A DNA stretch of 64,000 nucleotides from Candidatus Sumerlaeaceae bacterium (GTDB lineage Bacteria > Sumerlaeota > Sumerlaeia > Sumerlaeales > Sumerlaeaceae). The position numbers were made by a program, and so were the translations under genes. This document shows, in pieces, positions 18,901-26,117 of the stretch. The stretch is from contig JBPCLP010000025.1 of NCBI GenBank assembly GCA_051003195.1, positions 67,616 through 131,615 of the forward strand, in the 5' to 3' direction. The notes beneath the pieces were generated by a model that worked only from the letters and a program-made list of their open reading frames with translations, ran no database searches and was not told the DNA's origin. Position 1 is the stretch's first letter, and every line of letters begins with the position of its first letter.

Positions 18901-21846
18901 CTGCAGCTGGAGCCGGAGAACGAACACGCCCTCAGCTTCCTCCTGGATGCAGCAACGCGAGCTGGCGATGAAGCCGAGGTCCGCCGGCTCTCGCTCATAT
19001 TGGCAGAGATTAAAGCAGAAACCGGCGCAGTCATGCAGGCGTGTCAGCTTTTGAAGAACCTGGTACAGAAAGATCCCGGCAACATCGAAGCCCTGGAAAA
19101 ACTGTCGGCATTTTCGCTGCTGGCACACGATGAAGAAGGACACCGCGTTGCAGCGCTGAATCTCGGCAACAGGCTGGTAAAGCGCGGCGATTACCTGCGC
19201 GCCATGGAGCAGCTGGAATCGGCACTCGAGTACGACACCAGCAATCTCGAAATCCTCCAGACGCTGATCGACTGCTGCGCAGCCGAAGGTATCCTGGATC
19301 GAGGCGCTTCCTTCGCGATGCGTATGCTACAGGCCGCGAAAGCCGCTGGCCAGCCGGAGCGCGTGCGCCAGGCAGCCAGCACTATCCTCGGCTACGACGA
19401 GCAGCACACCATTGCGCGCCGCGAACTGGCTGAGGCGCTACTGTGCATGAACCGCCTGCCCGATGCCATTGCCGAATGGCAGCGTGCCGCAGAACAATTG
19501 GTATCTGATAAAAACCCGGCCTATGCGCTGGAGTGCTACCGCAGGATTGTGCAGGTCAGCCCCTCGCATATCCAGGCATGGCGCAAACTCGGCGACCTAT
19601 CCCTGCTTACCGGTGATTCAGACGCTGCGCGCGGCGCCTATCTGCATCTGCTGGAAGTGTACTCCCAGTCCGGCGAAATTGAAAAAGCTGATGCGATGAT
19701 CGCACGAATGCTTCAGCTGGACCCAGAGGACGCAGAACTACACCAGGAAGCGCTGGATGCATACAGGCGGACTGGTCGCAATGAGCACGCGATGGAGCAG
19801 GTGTTATGGCTGGTTCGGGATGCGATGGCAGCCGACGATCACGAAGAAGCCGAGCGCCTCATTGATCTTGGCAATGCCATTGCGCCGGACAGCCTTGCGT
19901 TGCAGCAATGCCAGCTGGAGGTCATCCGCAAACTTGGACGGACCGATGAGCTGCAATTGCGCCTGCGAGAACTTGCCGACAAGATGCTGCACGCAGGGGA
20001 ATTGCAAAGAGCAGCCGATGTGCTCGAGCAGATGCGAGACGCAGATCCCGAGAACATAGAGCTGCGAAAGGAAATTGCATCCACACGGATGCAGCTCGGT
20101 GAAATTCCACCAGCCATAGCAGAATACGCCTATGTCCTGCGCGAACTGATCCAGCGGCAGGAAACAGAGGAAGCACGAAGCACGGCGGACCAGATAGCGG
20201 CGCAATACGCCGACGTACTGGAGCTGCGAGCGCGCATCGGTGAAGTCTTTGCACAGAACGGCATGGCGGACGTCGGTTCCCGTCACTACATGGCGTGTGC
20301 GGAACTGGCCTACTCCGCAGAGGACCCGCTGGCGCAACTTCATTTTCTCCGCCTGGCCGTTGATGCACGACCGCGCTGGGCAGAGGGATACGAGAAGCTG
20401 GCGGAGGCGGCCCTAGCCGCCGATGACACGCAGGCGGCAGACACCGCATATGGGTCACTGGCCGAACTTTTAATAGAAGCCCGTAAATTTCCGCAGGCAG
20501 CTGCCACTCTGCGCACGCAGATTTCCCTGTTCCCAAAGCATGAACTTCCGCGTGCCCGATTAGTCGATTTATATGAGCGCACCGGAGATCGTGAAAACGA
20601 GGCGGTCGCTCTCCGCGAACTGGCAGACTTATACATTGCTGGGGGGATGATGGACGAAGCAGTCGAGAGCTATAAACGGCTGGTTACGCTTCGGCCTGAC
20701 GATCCGAAAACCCTGCAGAGGTATATTGAGCATTTCGCGCAAGTCGGAAACGAACTTGAAATCGTCGGCGAGTATCTGCGGCTTGCGCAGGCCTACGCCG
20801 CCAGCGGGAAATTGCAGGAGGCAATCCAGACGTTCGAGCAGGTCGCGTCCATTGACCGCAAAAACCCTGAGATTCATGAGAAGTTTGCCGCGTTACTGCT
20901 CACAAATGGTCAGAAGGGCCGAGCACTGGCAGAGCTGCGAAAGCTCGCGGATATTTATCAGCAGAAAGGTGAAATGGACGCCGCGGTCGAAGTGCTTCAT
21001 GCAGGACTGGCTCTGGATCCAGAGAACGCGGAATTGTGCCTGACGCTTGCGTCGGGTCAGCAAAAGTGTGGACTGCGCGACGAAGCGCAAACCAGCTACG
21101 CTCGCGCAAGCAACATTCTCAGTGGCACGACGGCAGTAAAAGCCATGGATGTTTACCGTGGAATGCTGGCGCACGATGAAGAGAACACCGAGATACGGCG
21201 CCGCCTGTGTGATTTGCTGGTCGAGTCGGGTGAACCTGCCGATGCCGCCGCTCACGCACGGAAGCTTGCTGAAATCCACTGCGGACGTGGTGAGATGGAT
21301 GACGCCGAAGACGCATATCGTATCGCTTCGGAATTGCAGCCGGAATCAGTCGATGCCTTAATGCAGGAAATTCAGAAGCATGCGCGCGATCCGTTTCTTC
21401 AGTACCTTGCCTACATTCGCCTGGGCAATCGGTTGTTCGAGGATGGCGACATTGATAGAGCTCTCGACACTTACCGCACAGCGCGATCGTTGAATGACGA
21501 ACGTCCCCAGACCATCCAGAAGTGTGTGGATTGTGTGAGCCTGATTGCTCCCGAGGCTGAAGCAATTCCCGATTACATCGCGCTGGCCGAGCGCTACATG
21601 GTGGCTGGCGATCCCGCACGCGCACGCAAGGTTTACGAACACATTGCGCGACTTGACCCATTTAACGCAGATGCAGGCAGAGGCCTTGTCGCTGCTGTGC
21701 AAGCAGAAAACGGTGCGAGATCGGTGCACAAGGCCGACACACGGCACGATCGCCAGGTACTTGGCCGTCGCGAACGCAAGAAGCGCGTCGGTCTTGAGGA
21801 GTTACTGTCTGCCTGTAAAGACGCCGCCGCACAGGAACGTCACTGA
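12988..21846 (+). CDS. giant tetratricopeptide-repeat protein (2952 aa) with N-terminal primase-type CHC2 zinc-finger-like motif
   Basis: Single uninterrupted ORF. Residues ~44-80 read CPIHKDKKFRSLLIESGKQSFKCTLKTCAGAQGGTLVELY, resembling the DnaG zf-CHC2 pattern CPFHxEKTPSFxV...KQxxHCFGCGxxGxxIxF. The remainder is helical TPR-like repeats (recurring AxxxxxxAL/LxxxP periodicity, very high Ala/Leu/Glu content). Confidence 0.85.
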   Translation: MDLAIAQEFLDEVNAKADAGELLKRIGYANDKIQVVGDAIKAFCPIHKDKKFRSLLIESGKQSFKCTLKTCAGAQGGTLVELYALARKMEPLLAGAELVGALDLAIDPEWTSQIAAAMLEEAQQAFVRREPELAESAARRALKFQPTLADARLLLATMFAERGEMAQAVDEYAALVEGYLSASQYEEADQTLESAIAAFPDSEDLLFLQVRSAEQQNQTDRAVELLNEIVGRREATNRQMDNVGVLQKILELRADNADAHVKLSEIYEQRHDMRTAGKELEIAARLLKEQGRNADAIPLLERVVKLAPEMAKTRLDLAEELIRDGDYARAKEQIFEIANQQIENQNFAAAELTARRWLEVEPESFEVHETLARIYMDQDRQSEAGVELKQAAEFSLKHGESERAMQFFFRVKFVAPENLEVRRQIISLFEQQGETERAGFELLDLAEVLLGQSNPEEAEQALTRAADITDSRDVKQQVADTLLSHGRNDAAEQLLRQIISEAEADADLAAVADASSTLLQILPDDVSLAFRRCMCLWECDPDRALEETGRVVGDLLQAGERESAVDLLRKGAAYASEYCEESLDCLRQALGVQDAESAGKFYSAVIHTVAEEDTEAALQLAREMTALDPSHATALADCGVLFANVGMTHDSAEAYVQLAKISESTGDRELALQHLEDALSQEPEHLTALQRRAELALAHTDADSARSYFQAFVDVLQVRGSEDELRSGLRTYLEYYPDDLAVQMQLASLLVQAGEEQNALEMYLRIAEHASTTEAVSLQVNSLQNAVGIAGRDAAIRQRLGKALKLHGQAQAAAIELLEAARLLCESGSLSQARTAAAESAESADDPLQALELLCTIDEEMNDPELLAEDLPQLIAQLRSAGRVHQALERANRLLQLKPGLVSQRIVADLRAENGDTDEALKEYTLLAQQYEEQKDYPEALAIHAEMAQLRAPNLDTLHRLVRLAEKTSPEAAASAKLQLGQALLASGDVLGAFETARTLGKQNTGVLAAAMLLQKIGRAAGTLEQALEAFLAAAEAYATFPEKSEAKIECLEAALALDPENTAAHQMLAEHYEAAGEADFAFSHRVALLPVAAGSKKQNAWKQELAKLRVLAADDPGKHLELGRRALRSEQVAYALEDFEKAAELGAAAGDDPVVLESADAAEALVFNSVVLCRAKFDVLLSSGDKEVAKVWLRECAQQALRSDKASEAEDYAQRWIELDRADADALELLAAAYQKQNRTQKAVDTYIALANLLKFAGDYERSIAILRQCLAVDDQSVPARQLHWQVLLEADKQNEALQEMHQLADLLIERQSYRDACTLLSRILDYRTNSEQTLERLASLVHEHEGFAKASPYFRKLIQLKSATLPADQMAAEYERILKLEGVDAEFRREYADFLKAQGLLPDAKEQYLHTAQVYRDELNSPEKAVELFILAVELLPESGDSPIYEEVARLHQASGNLEDAVAALRKASRQYIAAGESKKAVQSIRRALEIDIGQDRAADEALLAHALVAAGEKKKAKEAFNQAFIKAQSPDSSLPESVQREVYTTLLAADPLHVESALALLALLPTGDVAPSALETLGAFKEAGRHEDQIRILKAARSAAPADIQIRQELVGLYRSRGDTAKLQYELADLVRTASAAKQHDHAREALEELTCLPPSADLKLQVAPLYFQLEDEEQAVAAYCSAAELFEEAGQSDDAVDALRHALQINGNSVPAALVASLARKGGAEVRKIARDILEAALIARTRTRSLVLAVALLEREPLEEAKRLLSMVFMRGGAGFVAAIAGTHADWLLEAGRSDDTAGVVTFITQLAPNSPDVWWLASQLRKRCGDKAGSAEAALKAAQLYNEAGAVSEEESCYRDVLDEIPEDAATLQTLAFFYEREKRGEEGIEVMRRLAAIAHNAGDVTGGLSWLRKALDLGPSQDELRAQYAELLQVAGKSDQALEQWLEVARRSAKTGIPDRAVHAYQKVLQLEPENEHALSFLLDAATRAGDEAEVRRLSLILAEIKAETGAVMQACQLLKNLVQKDPGNIEALEKLSAFSLLAHDEEGHRVAALNLGNRLVKRGDYLRAMEQLESALEYDTSNLEILQTLIDCCAAEGILDRGASFAMRMLQAAKAAGQPERVRQAASTILGYDEQHTIARRELAEALLCMNRLPDAIAEWQRAAEQLVSDKNPAYALECYRRIVQVSPSHIQAWRKLGDLSLLTGDSDAARGAYLHLLEVYSQSGEIEKADAMIARMLQLDPEDAELHQEALDAYRRTGRNEHAMEQVLWLVRDAMAADDHEEAERLIDLGNAIAPDSLALQQCQLEVIRKLGRTDELQLRLRELADKMLHAGELQRAADVLEQMRDADPENIELRKEIASTRMQLGEIPPAIAEYAYVLRELIQRQETEEARSTADQIAAQYADVLELRARIGEVFAQNGMADVGSRHYMACAELAYSAEDPLAQLHFLRLAVDARPRWAEGYEKLAEAALAADDTQAADTAYGSLAELLIEARKFPQAAATLRTQISLFPKHELPRARLVDLYERTGDRENEAVALRELADLYIAGGMMDEAVESYKRLVTLRPDDPKTLQRYIEHFAQVGNELEIVGEYLRLAQAYAASGKLQEAIQTFEQVASIDRKNPEIHEKFAALLLTNGQKGRALAELRKLADIYQQKGEMDAAVEVLHAGLALDPENAELCLTLASGQQKCGLRDEAQTSYARASNILSGTTAVKAMDVYRGMLAHDEENTEIRRRLCDLLVESGEPADAAAHARKLAEIHCGRGEMDDAEDAYRIASELQPESVDALMQEIQKHARDPFLQYLAYIRLGNRLFEDGDIDRALDTYRTARSLNDERPQTIQKCVDCVSLIAPEAEAIPDYIALAERYMVAGDPARARKVYEHIARLDPFNADAGRGLVAAVQAENGARSVHKADTRHDRQVLGRRERKKRVGLEELLSACKDAAAQERH

Positions 21847-21882
21847 GACACAAACCCCCGGCGGCGCACTATATCCTGCGTG

Positions 21883-22665
21883 CTATATCATTCCCGTTCC
21901 GCTTGCCGGGCCGCTGTCCGATTTCCATGGCCGCACTTTGCGGCACACGAGCATCGTGAACTTCGAAGCCCAGGCTGCCTCTCCTTTGCCGATTGCGACT
22001 TTCATGTCATCCACGCCTTTGGCGAACTCCTCTTCGCTTAACGTGGCAAGGCCAGTAAGTTCGCGATGGGCAATTGCACGCAGCAGAACTTCATCAATTT
22101 GCAGCTGCCCTTCCAGCACAACTCGCTTTGCACAGTAGAGCCCCTGCTTTTCCAGCATCTTCTCCAGCACCGGAATTTCCGTCACGAGCGGCAGAGCGCG
22201 ATTCACAGCTTCCGGAAAGAACTTCGCCAAGCCGTCATGCTGCAAGTTCTCGCGGCTGCGCGCAACAAAAGCGAACAGCCTGGTTGTCCGTGTAACGCGT
22301 GCGGCTTCGCGAACGAAGGCTTCCACATCGGTTTCATAGTGCAGTGCGTCCACGCTGATCAGGAGATCGACGCTGTCGTCGGCAACGGGCCACTGCCAGG
22401 GGCGTGACACAGATTGTACCGGTAGGTCCACTGTCACACGTACTGCCGCCGGTATGCTGAGCGATCGTGCATAACTACCGGCGCCAATTCCCACCTCGGC
22501 GACAGTGTTTCCCTCTTTCAGGCCGTTCGCGAGCTGCTGTAATTCCTCTTCCACCCAGGTAGCGTTTGGCCAGCTGCGCACCCGCCGTTTAGGATTACCC
22601 CCAGCCAGTTGCGGATTCACGATCGCCAGTTTCGCCTCGCTCGCCATTTTCAAACTCCCGTCCAA
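21883..22665 (-). CDS. class I SAM-dependent methyltransferase
   Basis: Motif I VAEVGIGAGSYARSL, acidic beta-2 end VTVDL, motif IV-like VDLLISVDALHY. The start may be the internal Met (MASEAKLAIV). Confidence 0.65.
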   Translation of the reverse strand: MDGSLKMASEAKLAIVNPQLAGGNPKRRVRSWPNATWVEEELQQLANGLKEGNTVAEVGIGAGSYARSLSIPAAVRVTVDLPVQSVSRPWQWPVADDSVDLLISVDALHYETDVEAFVREAARVTRTTRLFAFVARSRENLQHDGLAKFFPEAVNRALPLVTEIPVLEKMLEKQGLYCAKRVVLEGQLQIDEVLLRAIAHRELTGLATLSEEEFAKGVDDMKVAIGKGEAAWASKFTMLVCRKVRPWKSDSGPASGTGMI

Positions 22666-22778
22666 TTACTATCTGAACCAAGGTGCTGTAATGACGAACT
22701 TCAGGATCAAGTAAAAGGCGACGCCGTTCCATTTCGCGGTAGTAAACGCGAAACACTTGCGTACGTACTCGACCCGGA

Positions 22779-23747
22779 TTGTCTTCTAACCACATGCGCA
22801 CTCGCCGGCCAACATTACTACACCATCTGGAATATGCCGGTTGGAAAACCGTCGGCGCGGCACTGAAGATTGTGCCTAGGAGGGGGATGGTGTTTATCGC
22901 AGACAGCGTGGGTTGGCTCCTGTATGGCGTTCTGCGGGTCCGTCGCACGGTAATTGACGAGCAATTGCGTATCGCTTTTGGCGATTCGATAACCCGGTCC
23001 CGTCTGAACGTAATCGGAATGCAGGCATGGCAAAATGCGGTGCTCACCTTCTTCGAGTTTTTGCAGCCCGAGCCGCTGGCCGCAGTGGGCTGGGATGCGT
23101 TCGAACATCGTGAGGGCTATGCCGAGCACGTCCTTCCGCTTCTGGAGCGTGGCAACGCGTTAATCCTCACTGGTCATATTGGTAACTGGGAAGCCCTCGG
23201 GAGGCTTGGCCCCGAACGGAACTTCCAAATCTCGGCGGTCGCCAAGCCAATGCACAATCCCCTCGTAAACCATGCGATTCTAAAAGCGCGTGCGAGACGC
23301 GGCCTGGAAGTTCTTTCCACAGCCGGAAGCCTGAAGAAAATTGTCGGTGCAGCACGGGACGGGAAGTGGGTTGCATTCCTTGGAGACCAGGATGCGCGGC
23401 GTCATGGCATCTTCGTGGATTTCTTCGGCCAGCCGGCATCAACGGCAGAAGGGCCGGCCTATTTTGCGTGGAAGCTTAATCTGCCGCTGCTCCCCGCATT
23501 TTGCGTACGCGATCGTGATCGCCACCGAAAGCTGAAGCTTGTCGTGCTGCCGCCCATCATGCCGGATCCATCGCAGGACCGTGATGTAGAGATACGACGC
23601 ATTACCCGTTTGCATGTCGAGGCGCTCGAATCCGTCATTCGCCAGTATCCTGGGGATTACTTCTGGCTGCACCGCCGGTGGAAAACCAAACCAAAGCGCA
23701 AAGGCAATAAGCACGAGACCAAAGCAGGTGCCAATCCCGCAAATTAA
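22779..23747 (+). CDS. lipid A biosynthesis LpxL/HtrB-family (lysophospholipid) acyltransferase
   Basis: HX4D-type active-site block ILTGHIGNWEALGRL, characteristic of LpxL/LpxM late acyltransferases. 322 aa. N-terminal membrane-association region. Confidence 0.8.
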   Translation: MSSNHMRTRRPTLLHHLEYAGWKTVGAALKIVPRRGMVFIADSVGWLLYGVLRVRRTVIDEQLRIAFGDSITRSRLNVIGMQAWQNAVLTFFEFLQPEPLAAVGWDAFEHREGYAEHVLPLLERGNALILTGHIGNWEALGRLGPERNFQISAVAKPMHNPLVNHAILKARARRGLEVLSTAGSLKKIVGAARDGKWVAFLGDQDARRHGIFVDFFGQPASTAEGPAYFAWKLNLPLLPAFCVRDRDRHRKLKLVVLPPIMPDPSQDRDVEIRRITRLHVEALESVIRQYPGDYFWLHRRWKTKPKRKGNKHETKAGANPAN

Positions 23748-23759
23748 GTCTCCAGTATT

Positions 23760-24281
23760 CTAGATGCCTCCGGATTTGCCCCCGCCGCCTCCACCACGTC
23801 GACCGCCTCCCGAATCCATCGCAGCACCCGGCGCTCCGCCCGCACCGCTCGCAGCACCTGAGGCCTTGGGCGTCTTTGGCAGCGGCGCCAGCGAGCGGCC
23901 CTTGATGTCGTTCTCCTTCGCTTTTTCCTCGGCCGCGGTTTCTTCGATTGTCTTACCATAGGCCTTCCATTCCGTGGAACGCTGCTCGAGCGGGTAAAGA
24001 TCGCGAACCGCCGTTGCGGGAATATACCCAATGGTCCCATTGAAACCAAACGTGACGACTTTGCCATCGGTCCCGAACGCCAGGAATTTTTCGTCAGGCT
24101 TCAGCTGACCAATCACCTGGTTTGTGGACAAGGATGAGACTGCCACCGCCGCACCGGGCGCCTCGGGCAATCCGCTTAGCACCTGCCACTTCGGTGCATC
24201 GTGCACGGGCATCAGCGCAAGCTGCGCACTTGCCGCTGCGGCAAGGCTGACTACAAAGCATAGAAGGCACACTTGTTTCAT
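23760..24281 (-). CDS. secreted hypothetical protein with C-terminal Gly-rich tail
   Basis: The ORF track entry starts at 24437. The likely true start is Met at 24281 (MKQVCLLCFVVSLAAAASAQ signal peptide), preceded by a GAGGAG RBS. C-terminus is GGGRRGGGGGGKSGGI. Confidence 0.5.
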   Translation of the reverse strand: MKQVCLLCFVVSLAAAASAQLALMPVHDAPKWQVLSGLPEAPGAAVAVSSLSTNQVIGQLKPDEKFLAFGTDGKVVTFGFNGTIGYIPATAVRDLYPLEQRSTEWKAYGKTIEETAAEEKAKENDIKGRSLAPLPKTPKASGAASGAGGAPGAAMDSGGGRRGGGGGGKSGGI

Positions 24282-24648
24282 CGCTGCCAAACTCCTCGGT
24301 ATTCTGGCAATACTGACACAAGATAACGCGCCGTTAGTCTTTGGTTCAATTTTAATCGCCAGTCCAGACCCTGCAACGCGCCGCTTCATTAAATTAAGAC
24401 TTGGAATGACCAGCCAGATGTGCAGTATTTTGCACATTAAGTGAAGAACTGACGGTCTATAGGGCCAAGAGCCCGCGGAAGGGGGTGCAAATCCCCCACG
24501 GACACGCCGCTGTAATCGGGGACGAACTCTGTAGAACCACTGCCGAAAGGCGGGAAGGACAGAGCGAGGACGAACCGAAAGTCAGAAGACGGGGTCGCCA
24601 GTTCCTCCAAATTGCCTCCCGTGCTCAGGAGGCGAAGGAGAGAATGGT

Positions 24649-25455
24649 ATGTCATCAGTCCTGTCACGCGCCAGTGGCTCGGCCCGGCATTGGGCTGCGC
24701 TTGTACTGTTGATGATTGCGGCGTATCCCGCTCAATCGCAATCGTTTCCCGATCGTGTGGCGGCATTTATGCCGGGAGTGAACAGCGGCTTCGGGCAAGC
24801 TTACTACCCCACAAACGTTCTGGGCGCGCCGCACGGAAATACAAATCCCCAGACGCCGAACTTCTCACAGCAGGATCTCTTAAGTCTCGGCACCGGAGGT
24901 GAAATCGTCCTGGAGTTTACAAGTACGGAAATCGTCAACGGTCCGGGAGACGACTTCACCGTGTTCGAAAACCCGGTCCAGCCGATCAGCAATCCTGACC
25001 AGAGCTTTGTCGATTCGGCAACAGTTTCAGTGAGTGACGACGGAACGTCATGGGTCACTTTCCCATTTCATATTGTTTCCATCAGTGCCGACAGGCTCTA
25101 TTATAAGAGCAACTACGTTGGTCTTGCAGGCGTACAGCCGACATTCAGCTCTCCCACCAATGGGATTTCCCCGTTCGATCGCGCAGTAAGCGGCGGCGAC
25201 GGCTATGACCTGACGAGCGTCGGTCTTACCCGCGCGCGTTTCATTAGAATCAAAGACACAGGAACCACGACCGTCTCCCCTACTATCGATTTGCTGGGAC
25301 ACATTGTAAACGACTACGGAAATCAGCTGGACCCGGATCCCCTTTCGCCAGGGGTTGGAATTGCCGCGGGATTCGATCTTGATGGGATCGCCGCCATCCA
25401 CACCACACCACGCACAACCGCCGTTCGGCGCGAAGACTGGGTTCTTTACGAATGA
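24649..25455 (+). CDS. secreted hypothetical protein, first gene of pseudopilin/Wzy_C/GT39 operon
   Basis: Signal peptide ...HWAALVLLMIAAYPAQSQS. The stop overlaps the start of the downstream pseudopilin gene (ATGA). No family recognised. Confidence 0.6.
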   Translation: MSSVLSRASGSARHWAALVLLMIAAYPAQSQSFPDRVAAFMPGVNSGFGQAYYPTNVLGAPHGNTNPQTPNFSQQDLLSLGTGGEIVLEFTSTEIVNGPGDDFTVFENPVQPISNPDQSFVDSATVSVSDDGTSWVTFPFHIVSISADRLYYKSNYVGLAGVQPTFSSPTNGISPFDRAVSGGDGYDLTSVGLTRARFIRIKDTGTTTVSPTIDLLGHIVNDYGNQLDPDPLSPGVGIAAGFDLDGIAAIHTTPRTTAVRREDWVLYE

Positions 25456-26096
25456 TGCAGCGACGGGTGACCGCGTTTACGCTGATCGAACTGCTGGTCG
25501 TGGTTGCGATCATTGCCATTCTCGCGCTGATTGCCGTCCCAAACTTTCTGCAGGCCAAACACCGTGCAATTCAAACCAGGTGTGCGGCGAACCTGAAAAC
25601 ATTGGCACAGGCGCTTTATACCTACCGTGTTGACCTGGATAAGTACCCGCTGGCGGACGGCATTGCAGGTATTGAGGAAAGCATGGCGCAGACCTCCGCC
25701 GGAAACGGGCCGGCCGCGAACGGAAGCTGGGACGCCGTGCCGCGCGTGCTTGTTCGGTTGCGATATCTTGCGACAGATGATTACCTGTTCTGCCCATGTT
25801 TTAAGGAGCAGTTTCGCAGTGAGCGCCTGCAACGCTTCCGCTATGCCTACAACAACTCAGCCGCAGACACCGGAGGAACCGGAGGCAGCACCAACGACGT
25901 CGATCGTGACTCGCACGATATCTGGTTGGCGCGATGCCTTTGGGTTCCCACGGCCCGCAGCTTCCATCCGGAAGCACGCGAAGTGCAGTGGCCCCACGGA
26001 AAAAATCACGATCGCGAAAACGTGCTGTATTCTAACAGCCGCGTTGAGCTCGCGAACGGCCAGGCTGACTTCGAGCGGGCAAATCCGGCGCCATAG
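25452..26096 (+). CDS. GspG-like pseudopilin (prepilin-type N-terminal cleavage/methylation domain protein)
   Basis: MMQRRVTA followed by FTLIELLVVVAIIAILALIAVPNFLQAKHRAIQTRCAANLKTLAQALYTY. Gly/Thr/Ser-rich tract TGGTGGSTND in the C-terminal half. Confidence 0.8.
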   Translation: MMQRRVTAFTLIELLVVVAIIAILALIAVPNFLQAKHRAIQTRCAANLKTLAQALYTYRVDLDKYPLADGIAGIEESMAQTSAGNGPAANGSWDAVPRVLVRLRYLATDDYLFCPCFKEQFRSERLQRFRYAYNNSAADTGGTGGSTNDVDRDSHDIWLARCLWVPTARSFHPEAREVQWPHGKNHDRENVLYSNSRVELANGQADFERANPAP

Positions 26097-26117
26097 GCCA
26101 GTATTTCACTCGGGGCA

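Noticed and set aside
13214-21747. Dozens of 60-300-aa ORFs on both strands inside the giant TPR gene (for example 15554..16483 -, 19922..20536 -, 13412..14098 -)
   Set aside because: They are nested in a single uninterrupted 8.86-kb reading frame with coherent repeat periodicity. The alternates are Arg/Ser/Pro-rich out-of-frame artefacts.
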